This document shows, piece after piece, positions 42,463 to 52,234 of a stretch of DNA of 64,000 bases; position 1 is the stretch's first letter; each line of letters begins with the position of its first letter. The position numbers were made by a program, and so were the translations under genes. The DNA lies in the NCBI GenBank assembly GCA_902587565.1, contig CACILT010000006.1:821-64820 (forward strand). The letters are read 5' to 3'. Source of the stretch: an uncultured Alphaproteobacteria bacterium. Lineage in GTDB: Bacteria > Pseudomonadota > Alphaproteobacteria > HIMB59 > GCA-002718135. Under the pieces are notes generated by a model. The model searched no databases. It saw only the letters and a program-made list of their open reading frames with translations, and was not told the origin of the DNA.

Positions 42463-43236
42463 TTAGTTTATTAATTTAATTATTTCATCATGAAGAGAGC
42501 TTGTACTGGAGGCAACTAAACTGCCATCTGAGTCTAGCGATATATCTTGTCCAAACTTATCCGTAATTACTCCACCAGCTCCTTCAATTACATTTACAAG
42601 AGCCATATAATCATGCACTTTTAATGTATCTTCTAAAACAATATCAATAAGACCTGAGGCTAACATTCCATACATATAACAGTCACCACCAAGTCTATAG
42701 TATCTTGATTTTTCTTTGAGTAATTCTAATCCTTTTCTGATTTGAGGTTCATCAAAATATAATCCAGATGTAAAAAGATAGGCATCTTTGATTTGTTTAA
42801 TTGCACTAGTTTGAACATCTTTTCCATTACATTTTGTCTTTTGATTTTTTATTCCCATCCATCGCTCATTGTGTGCTGGACAATTAATAATTCCTAAAAC
42901 TGGTTTTTTATTATGAAGTAATGCAACTAAATTACCAAAATCTTTATGTCCAGCTATATAGCTTCTTGTGCCATCTATAGGATCTAATACCCATAAAAAT
43001 TCAGAATCTATTTTTTCATTTTCATACTCTTCACCTAAAATTCCATGATGAGGATATTCCTTTCTTATTTTCTCTCTTAATACTTGTTCTGTTTCTTTAT
43101 CAGCTAAAGTTACAGGACTTTCATCATCTTTAATTTCTATTTCAATTTTGTTTCTAAAATAATGCATCGAAGTTTTAGATGCATCATCGGCTAAAGAGTT
43201 TGCAAATTTTGAAAACTCGTCTGTGTTTAAGATCAT
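42463..43236 (-). CDS. Inositol monophosphatase family protein (possibly histidinol-phosphatase HisN)
   Basis: Metal and phosphate motifs EE.E and WVLDPIDGT. 257 aa, the size typical of alphaproteobacterial HisN-type enzymes. Confidence 0.75.
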   Translation of the reverse strand: MILNTDEFSKFANSLADDASKTSMHYFRNKIEIEIKDDESPVTLADKETEQVLREKIRKEYPHHGILGEEYENEKIDSEFLWVLDPIDGTRSYIAGHKDFGNLVALLHNKKPVLGIINCPAHNERWMGIKNQKTKCNGKDVQTSAIKQIKDAYLFTSGLYFDEPQIRKGLELLKEKSRYYRLGGDCYMYGMLASGLIDIVLEDTLKVHDYMALVNVIEGAGGVITDKFGQDISLDSDGSLVASSTSSLHDEIIKLIN

Positions 43237-43245
43237 TACTTAAAT

Positions 43246-43791
43246 TTATGGGAGTGGTGCTGGATTATCTGAGTGTTCTCTTAGGAAATAAACTAAGTCT
43301 GCTCTGTCTTTTACTTTTTTCAAACCTGCAAAGTTCATTTTTGTTCCTTTTATATATTTTTTTGGCTTATATAAAAATTCTGCTAATTCTTCATACCCCC
43401 ATTCTCCACCGTATTCAGCTAAAGCTTTAGAGTATGCAAAACCTTCAACATTTGCTTTTGGTCTGTTAATGATATTCCATAAGTGAGGGCCTACTTTATT
43501 GGCACTACCCTTCTCATAATTATGGCATGTTGCACATTTCTTGAATAATTTTTCTCCATTATCAAGAGAGGCACTTGCTAGAAAAATAGAAATTGGTTCA
43601 ATTACCTCTTCTTTTTTTTCTACTACTCCTACACCAGTAGAATCCTCTGGGACATCTATTTTATAAGCAGTTTCTTTTTTCTCATCATGATCAATATCAA
43701 TGACTAAATCCCCAAAATGGCCGATAAGTGTAACAATCAAGACTGCTAATATAATAGATGCTAAAATTTTATTAACTTCAAGCCCAGACAT
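43246..43791 (-). CDS. cycM: Membrane-anchored c-type cytochrome (CycM-like)
   Basis: N-terminal TM helix ILASIILAVLIVTLIG, an acidic linker, then a class I cytochrome c domain with CATCH heme site and GTKMNFAGL Met ligand region. I set the start at ATG 43791 (ATG 43803 is an alternative). The track's 275-aa ORF is an antisense run-through into kdsB. Confidence 0.85.
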   Translation of the reverse strand: MSGLEVNKILASIILAVLIVTLIGHFGDLVIDIDHDEKKETAYKIDVPEDSTGVGVVEKKEEVIEPISIFLASASLDNGEKLFKKCATCHNYEKGSANKVGPHLWNIINRPKANVEGFAYSKALAEYGGEWGYEELAEFLYKPKKYIKGTKMNFAGLKKVKDRADLVYFLREHSDNPAPLP

Positions 43792-43882
43792 GTATAAGTA
43801 CATATACAGATTTTTTAGAAGAAAGAATATATTTGTCGTAAGTATGAAATTTAAATTCTCTTGCTTAATTGTCGCATAAATT

Positions 43883-44617
43883 ATGAAAAGCGTAGTAATT
43901 ATACCCTCACGAATGGCTTCCACTAGACTTCCAGGCAAACCATTAATGGAGATAAATGGTATTCCAATGATACAACGAGTATGGCAACAAGCAATTGAGT
44001 CAAATATTGGAGAAGTCTTTGTTGCTTGCTCGGAAATTGAAGTGCATGATTTAATCGTAAATAATGGTGGCAAAGCTATTATGACAGATCCAAACCTCCC
44101 CTCTGGAACTGATAGAGTTCACTCCGCTTTTTTAAAGATAAAAAATAACAAAGACATTGATGTAATAATCAATCTACAAGGTGATATGCCTCTTATAAAT
44201 CCAGAACATATTCTTAAAGTTATTATCCCAATAAAAAGAAATTTTGCTATTGGTACACTCGCAACAAACTTACATGATAATGAATTAAATAATCCCAATG
44301 TAACAAAAGTTGAAGTTGATTTTAACAAAAATGAAATAGCGCAGGCGTTGAGTTTTTATAGAGAAGTTACGAAAGAAAATAAAAACTTATACCATCATGT
44401 TGGTATTTATAGTTATACTCCAGATTCAATAAATACATTTATCAATCTACCTAAATCAAAAAATGAAATAGATCTAAGCTTAGAACAAATGAGAGCTATG
44501 GATTCTAACATTCCAATTGGAGTTACGTATGTTCCTGAGGTTCCAATAAGTGTGGATACAAAAGAGGATTTAATAAATATTGAAACTAATATAAGAGAGC
44601 ACAATGATAAAAGTTGA
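43883..44617 (+). CDS. kdsB: 3-deoxy-manno-octulosonate cytidylyltransferase (CMP-Kdo synthetase)
   Basis: IIPSRMASTRLPGKPL N-terminal motif and the NLQGDMP motif. 244 aa. Confidence 0.93.
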   Translation: MKSVVIIPSRMASTRLPGKPLMEINGIPMIQRVWQQAIESNIGEVFVACSEIEVHDLIVNNGGKAIMTDPNLPSGTDRVHSAFLKIKNNKDIDVIINLQGDMPLINPEHILKVIIPIKRNFAIGTLATNLHDNELNNPNVTKVEVDFNKNEIAQALSFYREVTKENKNLYHHVGIYSYTPDSINTFINLPKSKNEIDLSLEQMRAMDSNIPIGVTYVPEVPISVDTKEDLINIETNIREHNDKS

Positions 44618-45446
44618 TAGTTTTTCATTTCAAGGTGTAAATGGTGCTTATAGTGAACAAGCTGGAAAAAATATTTTTCCAAACGCAACAAGTATACCGT
44701 GTGCAACTTTTGAAGATATGTTCGATCATGTTAGATCAGGAAAATCAGAAGCAGCAATGGTTCCAATAGAAAACTCACTTGCAGGAAGAGTAGCGGATAC
44801 TCAAAGATTGATACCCGACTCTAATTTAAAAATAACTTATGAATATTTTCATGAGGTAAATCATAACTTACTTGGAATTAGAGGTGCAAAAATCTCAGAT
44901 ATCAAAAGAATAAGAAGTCATGAACAGGGAATTGCTCAATGTCGAAACAAAATTTTAAAACTAGATAAACAAATGATTGTTGAAGCTGATACAGCTGGAT
45001 CTGCTAAACTAATTTCAGAGTTAAACAATATTGAAGATGCTGCTATCGCATCTGCACTTGCTGCTAAGATCTATCATCTTGATATTTTGGAAAAAAATTT
45101 CCAAGATAACCAAAATAACGTAACCCGATTTCTTGTTATGCAAAAAAATTTATTAGATATAAATCCAGATACAAAGGATATTCTTACAACATTAGTATTT
45201 ACAGTTAGAAGTATTCCAGCGGTTTTATATAAATGTCTTGGTGGATTTGCTAGTAATGGTGTTAATATAACTAAGCTTGAGAGTTACATTCACCCACAGG
45301 GTTTTGATGTTGCACAATTTTATGTAGATTTTGAGGGACATCCTGAAAATACATCTGTAAAATTAGCATTAGAAGAGATGAAATTTTTTTGTAAGAAGAT
45401 AGAAATCCTTGGAGTATATGAGAAATCTTCATTCAGGAAAAAATAG
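44604..45446 (+). CDS. pheA: Prephenate dehydratase (PDT plus ACT domains)
   Basis: FQGVNGAYSE start and the NVTRFLVM (TRF) motif, followed by an ACT-like domain. 280 aa. Confidence 0.9.
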   Translation: MIKVDSFSFQGVNGAYSEQAGKNIFPNATSIPCATFEDMFDHVRSGKSEAAMVPIENSLAGRVADTQRLIPDSNLKITYEYFHEVNHNLLGIRGAKISDIKRIRSHEQGIAQCRNKILKLDKQMIVEADTAGSAKLISELNNIEDAAIASALAAKIYHLDILEKNFQDNQNNVTRFLVMQKNLLDINPDTKDILTTLVFTVRSIPAVLYKCLGGFASNGVNITKLESYIHPQGFDVAQFYVDFEGHPENTSVKLALEEMKFFCKKIEILGVYEKSSFRKK

Positions 45447-45500
45447 GATTTTTTGAAAAGTCTATTTATATTTTATTTACATTAATGTTATATTGCTACA

Positions 45501-45588
45501 GGGAGGATTGAGGGCAAATAAATTGCTAATCCAGTCAGATCTGAAAAGAAGCAGCTGTAACAATCTTGTTTGGGTCTCAACTCCTTCC
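45501..45588 (+). ncRNA. ffs: Signal recognition particle RNA (small bacterial 4.5S type); ends approximate
   Basis: The conserved domain IV core UCCAGUCAGAUCU-GAAA-AGAAGCAGCUG closely parallels E. coli CCAGGUCAGGUCC-GGAA-GGAAGCAGCC. The terminal helix GGGAGGATTGAG / CTCAA(C)TCCTTCC has 12 bp with one bulge. It lies immediately upstream of dnaX, the usual alphaproteobacterial location. Confidence 0.85.
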
Positions 45589-45598
45589 ATTGATTATA

Positions 45599-47287
45599 AT
45601 GACAGAAGAAAAAAAATATAAAGTTTTAGCTAGAAAATACAGACCTCAAAAATTTGAAGATTTAGTTGGTCAAGAATTATTAGTAAAAATTCTATCAAAC
45701 GCTATTAATAATGACCGACTAGCTCATGCTTATATTCTAACCGGTGTAAGAGGTGTTGGAAAAACCACAACTGCTAGACTGATAGCAATGAGTATTAATT
45801 GTAAAAATAGGGATAAAAAAAATTGTGAACCATGCGGAAGTTGTGAGTCATGCAAATCAACAACTTCAGACAGCAATCTTGATGTTATTGAGATTGATGC
45901 AGCATCGAATACTGGAGTTGATGACATTAGAGAGATAATTGACAATGTAAAATATAAACCTGTTATTGGAGATTATAAAATATTTATAATTGATGAAGTT
46001 CATATGCTTTCAAAAAGTGCATTCAATGCTTTGCTTAAAACTTTAGAAGAACCACCAGAACATGTTAAGTTTATTTTTGCTACAACTGAAATTAAAAAAG
46101 TACCAATAACTGTTTTATCAAGGTGTCAGAGATTTGATTTACATAGAATAGAAAATAAAATTTTATCTGATCATTTATTAAAAATTTCTAAACTAGAAAA
46201 TATTGATATAGATTTAGATGCTATCTCTTTAATTGTTAGATCGGCAGATGGATCTGTAAGAGATGGTCTTAGCCTATTGGATCAAGCAATAACTAGCCCA
46301 AATGAAAAAGTTAACTCTCAAACTGTAATAAGCATGTTGGGATTGGCTGATAGAGAAAAAATATTTAACTTAATTGAAATTATTTTAGAAGGAGATGCAC
46401 TTGGTGCAATTAATAAGTATAAAGAGTTGTACGAGTTAGGGGCAGATATATCAATGATATTTGATGAACTCTTAAACGTAGTACATTTCCTTGTTCAAAT
46501 AAAAATAGCACCAGATTTAAAAGATGACATTTATATTCCCGAATTTGAAAGAAATAAGGGGTCTGACCTATCTTCAAAAATGACATTAAATAATTTGAAT
46601 ATTATCTGGCAAATTTTATTCAAAGGTTATCAAGAATTACAAAATAGTTCTCATTTATATCAACATGGAGAAATGATTATTTTAAGAATTATTTATTTGT
46701 ATGATGGCCCTAGTCCAGAAGATCTAATTAAAAAAATGGATAAAGAAGTAGTAAAAAAAGAAATCTTAGAAAAAAATCTTGAACTACAAAATGAAACTAA
46801 TGAAAGTAACAAAATTCTAAACTTTAATGAAAATAAAAAAGAAATTTCTCCAAAAGAAAATGTAAATATAAAACATGTTCAAGACTTCAGACATTTTGTT
46901 GATTTGTTTTTTAAAAATAGAGAAGGATTACTCCACACTAAGTTATACAATGATGTGCAGTTAGTCTCTTTTAAAGAAGGAGAAGTTACCCTAAACACAT
47001 CTAAAATTAATGACACTGGCTTTAATAGAACTGTTGCGAAATTAATCTCAAAATGGACAGGAAGAATATGGCAGATACATTCATCTTCAAGCAATCTTGG
47101 AAAAAGTTTAAATGATGAAGATATTATTAACCAACAAAAAGAAATTGAAATAATGAAAAATCATCCAGAAGTAAAAAAAATATTAAAAGAATTTCCTGAA
47201 AGTAAAATTCACGCTATTACAGAACTCGGTGAAATAAATGATAATGACGCAGATTTAAATCAAACAAAGATAAAAAAGGAGAATTGA
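45599..47287 (+). CDS. dnaX: DNA polymerase III subunit gamma/tau
   Basis: Walker A GVRGVGKTT, zinc module CEPCGSCESC, DEVHML, and SRCQRF sensor. I set the start at ATG 45599 (MTEEKKYK...) because the track's TTG 45566 start would overlap the SRP RNA. Confidence 0.95.
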   Translation: MTEEKKYKVLARKYRPQKFEDLVGQELLVKILSNAINNDRLAHAYILTGVRGVGKTTTARLIAMSINCKNRDKKNCEPCGSCESCKSTTSDSNLDVIEIDAASNTGVDDIREIIDNVKYKPVIGDYKIFIIDEVHMLSKSAFNALLKTLEEPPEHVKFIFATTEIKKVPITVLSRCQRFDLHRIENKILSDHLLKISKLENIDIDLDAISLIVRSADGSVRDGLSLLDQAITSPNEKVNSQTVISMLGLADREKIFNLIEIILEGDALGAINKYKELYELGADISMIFDELLNVVHFLVQIKIAPDLKDDIYIPEFERNKGSDLSSKMTLNNLNIIWQILFKGYQELQNSSHLYQHGEMIILRIIYLYDGPSPEDLIKKMDKEVVKKEILEKNLELQNETNESNKILNFNENKKEISPKENVNIKHVQDFRHFVDLFFKNREGLLHTKLYNDVQLVSFKEGEVTLNTSKINDTGFNRTVAKLISKWTGRIWQIHSSSSNLGKSLNDEDIINQQKEIEIMKNHPEVKKILKEFPESKIHAITELGEINDNDADLNQTKIKKEN

Positions 47288-47610
47288 TGGTTAATCTAGG
47301 TAATATGATGAAGCAAGCTCAACAGTTGCAAAAAAAAATGGCTGAAGCACAGAATAAATTAAATGATATTGAAGTTGAGGGTACTTCTGGAGGAGGTCTT
47401 ATTAAAGTAACAGCTACAGCAAAAGGTATATTTAAAAGAATTTCAATTGATGATAGCTTGATTAAACAAGAGGAGAAAGAAATACTTGAAGATCTGATCG
47501 TCGCTGCAATAAATGATGCTAAGGAAAAAGGAGAAGCTGCAGCCCAAGAAGAAATGAAAAATCTTACAGGTGGCTTACCATTACCTCCAGGAATGAAACT
47601 TCCTTTTTAA
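47287..47610 (+). CDS. ybaB: Nucleoid-associated protein YbaB/EbfC
   Basis: MMKQAQQLQKKM... and the GGGLIKVTATAKG motif. About 107 aa. It sits in the dnaX-ybaB-recR synteny. Confidence 0.92.
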   Translation: MVNLGNMMKQAQQLQKKMAEAQNKLNDIEVEGTSGGGLIKVTATAKGIFKRISIDDSLIKQEEKEILEDLIVAAINDAKEKGEAAAQEEMKNLTGGLPLPPGMKLPF

Positions 47611-47612
47611 AA

Positions 47613-48212
47613 ATGGAGCAATCCCCAATAGATAAATTAATAAACGATATTTCAAAACTTCCAGGATTAGGAAGAAGGTCGGCGCAAAGAATTGCTCTTT
47701 TTTTATTAAAAAATAAAGATAAAAATTTATCTCCTTTAATTGAGAGTTTAAACTTATCTTATAATAAAATTATTGAGTGTTCAGAATGTGGAAATATAGA
47801 CATGGTAAATCCATGCAATATTTGTGCAAATCCTAAAAGGGATAAAGCAACAATTTGTGTTGTTGAGGATGTGTCAGATTTGTGGACATTAGAAAAAGTA
47901 GGATTTTATCGTGGCCTCTATAATGTTTTAGGCGGTTCATTATCAGCGATTCAAGGTATAGGAACTGATGAATTGAAAATAGAACATCTACTAAAGAGAA
48001 TTGAAACAAACAATGTTAAAGAAATTATTCTTGCCTTAAGTACAACTATGGAAGGACAAACAACATCTTTTGTTATTGCTGATAAGTTAGAAAAATTTAA
48101 AGATTTAAATGTAACAAGACTTGCACAAGGAATCCCTATGGGTGGAGAAGTACACTACTTAGATGAAAACACATTAAATACAGCATTCCAATCTAGAAAA
48201 AAAATTACATAA
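47613..48212 (+). CDS. recR: Recombination protein RecR
   Basis: LPGLG(R)RSAQR helix-hairpin-helix, zinc finger CSECGN...CNIC, and a Toprim domain. 199 aa. Confidence 0.95.
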   Translation: MEQSPIDKLINDISKLPGLGRRSAQRIALFLLKNKDKNLSPLIESLNLSYNKIIECSECGNIDMVNPCNICANPKRDKATICVVEDVSDLWTLEKVGFYRGLYNVLGGSLSAIQGIGTDELKIEHLLKRIETNNVKEIILALSTTMEGQTTSFVIADKLEKFKDLNVTRLAQGIPMGGEVHYLDENTLNTAFQSRKKIT

Positions 48213-48218
48213 ATAAAA

Positions 48219-48728
48219 ATGGATAAATTACTTTACGTACCAAATCCACTATTACGCCAAAAAGCAGATAAAATTCAGTCTGTTGGAGTTAAGGAAAAAG
48301 AAATTGCCAAAAAAATGATGCAAATAATGATAAAAGCACCAGGTGTAGGTTTAGCAGCAAATCAAATTGGAATTCTAAAACAAATTGTGACTATATTTTT
48401 TGTAGATCAAGAGACTAAAAAAGAAACACAATATACATTGTTTAACCCAAATATTGTTTCATACTCTCAAGAAAAAATTGTTATGGAAGAGGGTTGTTTA
48501 TCTCTTCCTGAACAATTTGCAGAAATTGAGAGACCTCAAAATATAGTAGTCGAGTACTTAGATGAAAATAACAACCAAATAACAAAAGAAGTGAGTGGAG
48601 TAGAATCAAGAATTTTACAACATGAAATTGATCATCTTTCTGGAAAGTTATTTGTAGATTATCTTTCTTCATTAAAAAGGAATATAATGATCAAAAAAGT
48701 ACAAAAATTTTTAAAAAACAAAAAATAA
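48219..48728 (+). CDS. def: Peptide deformylase
   Basis: All three signature motifs are present: GVGLAANQ, EGCLS and QHEIDH. Confidence 0.96.
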   Translation: MDKLLYVPNPLLRQKADKIQSVGVKEKEIAKKMMQIMIKAPGVGLAANQIGILKQIVTIFFVDQETKKETQYTLFNPNIVSYSQEKIVMEEGCLSLPEQFAEIERPQNIVVEYLDENNNQITKEVSGVESRILQHEIDHLSGKLFVDYLSSLKRNIMIKKVQKFLKNKK

Positions 48729-49651
48729 TGAATAATAAAAAAATAATTTTCATGGGTTCGCCTAAAATAGCTTCTGATTATCTTGAGGCTTTAATTAAAA
48801 GCAATTTCATAATTTCTGCAGTATTTTCACAACCCCCAAAAAAGAAATCTAGAGGAATGAAAATAATTGAATCCGAAGTCCATCAACTTGCAAATAAAAA
48901 TAACATTGAAGTTTTTTGTCCAAATACGTTTGATAAAGATACTATTGAGACAGTGAAAAAATTAGATCCAGATTTAATTATTGTCATGGCATATGGTAAA
49001 ATATTGCCAAAAGATATTTTAGATTTACCACCATTTGGTTGTATCAATATCCATGTCTCTTTGTTGCCTAGATGGAGGGGTGCAGCCCCAATAGAGCATT
49101 CTTTAATGAATGGCGATAAAGAGACGGGTATATCAATAATACAGCTAATCGAAAAATTAGATGCTGGACCAATTATTAATCAAAAAAAAGTAGATATAGA
49201 AGACGGTTGTAATAAAAATGAATTAAGTAAAAAATTAACAGAGGTTGGAATCAAATTATTAGTGGAAACTATTCCCCTTATATTTGATAAAAAAATTACT
49301 TATTCTGATCAGGATGATAATGATGCAACATATGCAAATAAAATTTCTTCACTAAACAGAAAAATTAATTTTAATAAATCTGTAAATGAAGTTTTAAATC
49401 TCATAAGAGCACATTCGCCTAAACCTGGTGCTTGGTTTACTATACAAAATGAAAGAATTAAAATCATTAAAGCAAGAAAATCAAACTCTAACGGTAATGC
49501 ATCGACAATTCTTAACAAGACCTTTGATATTGGGTGCAATGACGGAAGTATTGAGCCACTAATTTTACAAAGAGAAGGCAAAAATGCTATTTCTAAAGAT
49601 GATTTTCTTCGAGGATATAGTTTTAAGGTTAATGAAGAAATAAATGCCTAA
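48728..49651 (+). CDS. fmt: Methionyl-tRNA formyltransferase
   Basis: HVSLLPRWRGAAPI motif. 307 aa. It directly follows def. Confidence 0.94.
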   Translation: MNNKKIIFMGSPKIASDYLEALIKSNFIISAVFSQPPKKKSRGMKIIESEVHQLANKNNIEVFCPNTFDKDTIETVKKLDPDLIIVMAYGKILPKDILDLPPFGCINIHVSLLPRWRGAAPIEHSLMNGDKETGISIIQLIEKLDAGPIINQKKVDIEDGCNKNELSKKLTEVGIKLLVETIPLIFDKKITYSDQDDNDATYANKISSLNRKINFNKSVNEVLNLIRAHSPKPGAWFTIQNERIKIIKARKSNSNGNASTILNKTFDIGCNDGSIEPLILQREGKNAISKDDFLRGYSFKVNEEINA

Positions 49652-50378
49652 CTACAAAATAACATTAGAATATGATGGAACTAATTATGTTGGTTGGCAA
49701 CGTCAAGAAAATGGTCCTTCTGTTCAACAATTGGTTGAAGATGCAATAGAAAAACTATCAAAACAAAAAATAACACTTTTTGGAGCTGGTCGAACAGATG
49801 CAGGCGTTCATGCAAGAGGACAAGTAGCTAATTTTGAATTAGAGCAACATTTTGATACTGATACTATTAGAGATGGCATTAATCATTATCTAAGACCTCA
49901 ACCAGTATCTGTTTTACATGCTGAAGAAGTGGATAAAGATTTTAATTCTAGATTTTCCGCAAAATTGAGATGGTATGAATATAAGATCTTAAATAGAAGA
50001 TCACCAATTACGCTAGAGCAAAACAAAGTTTGGTGTGTACATAAAAAAATAGATACTGAAAAAATAATAAAACAATCACAACAATTTATAGGTAAATTTG
50101 ATTTGTCTGCTTTTAGATCAATAAATTGCCAATCGAAATCACCAATTAAATCTATTAATTCACTAGATATAAATTTTAATCATGATGAAATAAATTTTTT
50201 AATATCAGCTAAATCCTTTTTACATTCTCAGGTTAGAATCATGGTCGGCACTCTAGTCGACATAGGTTTAAATAAAATAGAAAAATCTATTTCAGAAATT
50301 ATTCAATCCAAAAAAAGAGAATTTGCTGGAGTTACTGCACCACCTGAAGGATTATATTTATTGAAAATAGATTATTAG
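49644..50378 (+). CDS. truA: tRNA pseudouridine(38-40) synthase
   Basis: GAGRTDAGVHA catalytic Asp motif, 244 aa. Confidence 0.94.
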   Translation: MPNYKITLEYDGTNYVGWQRQENGPSVQQLVEDAIEKLSKQKITLFGAGRTDAGVHARGQVANFELEQHFDTDTIRDGINHYLRPQPVSVLHAEEVDKDFNSRFSAKLRWYEYKILNRRSPITLEQNKVWCVHKKIDTEKIIKQSQQFIGKFDLSAFRSINCQSKSPIKSINSLDINFNHDEINFLISAKSFLHSQVRIMVGTLVDIGLNKIEKSISEIIQSKKREFAGVTAPPEGLYLLKIDY

Positions 50379-50938
50379 TAAAAGCCAATTTCTGATAAGC
50401 AAATATCTGCTTGAAAATCTTTAAATCCAGCAACCAGCCCTAATGTTTTTATATTCTGACCAACTAATTTTTTAGGTTGATAAGCATTTGATTTTTTAAA
50501 TTCACTGAACGGTGCTTTTATTACTGTCCACTCAGAATTAGTTTTAAAACTATATTTATAATATTGCCATGGAGCCATCGTTAGAGCGGTTCTTACGTGA
50601 ATTGAATACTCTTCATTATTACCAAATACTTTAAAATAAACACCTTCAAACTCCTCTGTTGATATTGAAGGTCTTAATTGATTTCTTATTTGTATAAAGC
50701 CGCCATTATTTTCAGTCGTTACATCTCCTGTCATATGATAACAATTAACATCATTAACTTTTGATATGATCGCTTTACCCTGTGATAATCCACCCATTAC
50801 GCCATCAGTAAAAAAGGCCCAATTTTGACCTTGAGAAGAAATTCCCGGTGTTTCTAAGTTATCAAGTATCATTTTATTCTGAGATTGAAGATTGAATGAA
50901 AAAAATAAAATAAAAACAAAAATTATTAAACTTTTCAA
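50375..50938 (-). CDS. CIA30 (complex I intermediate-associated protein 30)-like domain protein with signal peptide
   Basis: N-terminal signal-like MKSLIIFVFILFFSFNLQSQ. The core has FTDGVMGGLSQG and GGFIQIR motifs, as in the CIA30/NDUFAF1 family. 187 aa. Confidence 0.65.
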   Translation of the reverse strand: MKSLIIFVFILFFSFNLQSQNKMILDNLETPGISSQGQNWAFFTDGVMGGLSQGKAIISKVNDVNCYHMTGDVTTENNGGFIQIRNQLRPSISTEEFEGVYFKVFGNNEEYSIHVRTALTMAPWQYYKYSFKTNSEWTVIKAPFSEFKKSNAYQPKKLVGQNIKTLGLVAGFKDFQADICLSEIGFY

Positions 50939-51219
50939 TTTTTACGATTTTCTGCTAATTTTTTTTTGATAAGAGATAAACCCGTTTCAACTTTTGATTT
51001 ATATGATTCTTCAAATGCCTTTAACTGCCAATCTGAAAATCTAGATTTTAGTTCAGATAAATTATTTTGTTTCCATTCACTAGAAGTATTTTCATCTTTC
51101 CAAATATCTTTTTCTTCATTGGTTCTTCCACAACCGTAGCAATACCCTGAGATTGGGTCAGTTTTACATACGCTAATACAAGGCGAAGTTACTTTGTTCT
51201 GTTCCATGATAGTATACAT
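50935..51219 (-). CDS. DUF1289-type small Cys-rich (putative Fe-S) protein
   Basis: SPCISVCKTDPISGYCYGCGRTNEE matches the DUF1289 (YdhL-like) Cys pattern. 94 aa. It overlaps the downstream CIA30-like gene by 4 nt. Confidence 0.7.
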   Translation of the reverse strand: MYTIMEQNKVTSPCISVCKTDPISGYCYGCGRTNEEKDIWKDENTSSEWKQNNLSELKSRFSDWQLKAFEESYKSKVETGLSLIKKKLAENRKN

Positions 51220-51268
51220 ATATTTTTTTTTAGTTTATTCCATTAAAACGATGTAAAACTTTAAAATT

Positions 51269-52234
51269 ATGACTGATTTTAGCTATTTAAATGTTGATAA
51301 TGCTTATAAATTAATCAACCAAAAGGTAACAAAAACTCCTTTGGTAACTAATGATTACATAAATAATCTTTTAGAAGCTGAAATTTATTTTAAACTTGAG
51401 AATTTACAAAATACTGGATCATTTAAACTACGTGGAGCTACACATAAAATTACAAAATTAATAGAAACTGTAAAAGACTCAGGTGTAGTAGCATATTCAT
51501 CAGGTAATCATGCACAAGCTGTTGCCTATGCATCTATGATTAATACCATTAGTGCAAAAATAATAATGCCTAAAACTGCACCTCAAATAAAAATTGAAAA
51601 TACAAAAAAATATGGAGCAGAGGTGATATTATATGACACTTACTTTCAAAGTAGAGAAGAAATTGGAAATGAAATTCAAAAGAAGGATAATAGAGCTCTA
51701 ATTAAACCCTATGATGATGAAGATATAATTGCTGGTCAAGGAACTGCAGCTATTGAAATTGTAAATGATTTGAAAGAGCAATCAATTGAACCTGATCTTT
51801 ATTTATGTTGTTGTGGAGGTGGTGGTCTTATTGCAGGAACATCAACATACTTAAAACATATCTATCCAAATATAAGATCATATTCTGTGGAGCCCGATGA
51901 ATTTGATGACACAAAAAGATCTTTAGAAGCTGGTAAACTTATAGAAAATAAAAAAAATGCTAAATCTTTTTGTGACGCACTATTGGCACCACAACCTGGT
52001 AATATAACTTTTCAAATTAATTCAAATAATCTTGAAGGAGGACTCAGTGTTTCTGATGAAGAAGTAACAAAAACTATAATTTTGCTAGCTGAACAACTTA
52101 AAATAGTTGTGGAGCCAGGAGGAGCAGTTGCAGCTGCAGCAGTATTAAATAATAAAATTGATGTTAAAAATAAGAAAATTATAGTTATGATTTCTGGTGG
52201 TAATATCGATTTAAGTTTATTTAATAAGTTATGA
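51269..52234 (+). CDS. PLP-dependent threonine/serine dehydratase family enzyme (short form, no regulatory domain)
   Basis: PLP-lysine motif GSFKLRGA, SSGNHAQ, and glycine loop CCGGGGLIAG. 321 aa. Confidence 0.85.
   Translation: MTDFSYLNVDNAYKLINQKVTKTPLVTNDYINNLLEAEIYFKLENLQNTGSFKLRGATHKITKLIETVKDSGVVAYSSGNHAQAVAYASMINTISAKIIMPKTAPQIKIENTKKYGAEVILYDTYFQSREEIGNEIQKKDNRALIKPYDDEDIIAGQGTAAIEIVNDLKEQSIEPDLYLCCCGGGGLIAGTSTYLKHIYPNIRSYSVEPDEFDDTKRSLEAGKLIENKKNAKSFCDALLAPQPGNITFQINSNNLEGGLSVSDEEVTKTIILLAEQLKIVVEPGGAVAAAAVLNNKIDVKNKKIIVMISGGNIDLSLFNKL

Noticed and set aside
43792-44073. N-terminal 94 codons of the track's 275-aa minus-strand ORF (43246-44073).
   Set aside because: This part runs antisense across the divergent spacer and into the start of kdsB, and it has no cytochrome-like sequence. 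The cytochrome c protein begins sensibly at MSGLEV... (ATG 43791) with its membrane anchor.
45566-45598. TTG-initiated N-terminal extension of dnaX given in the ORF track.
   Set aside because: It overlaps the 3' half of the SRP RNA. The ATG at 45599 gives the conserved DnaX N-terminus.
46753-46759. A AAA AAA heptamer in dnaX just after the clamp-loader core. A -1 slip would hit TGA eight codons later, giving an E. coli-like gamma/tau frameshift.
   Set aside because: A7 runs are ubiquitous in this AT-rich sequence. I see no downstream hairpin or upstream SD-like stimulator. In the alphaproteobacterium where this was studied, as I recall Caulobacter, the short form arises by proteolysis. The match is therefore not distinguishable from chance.
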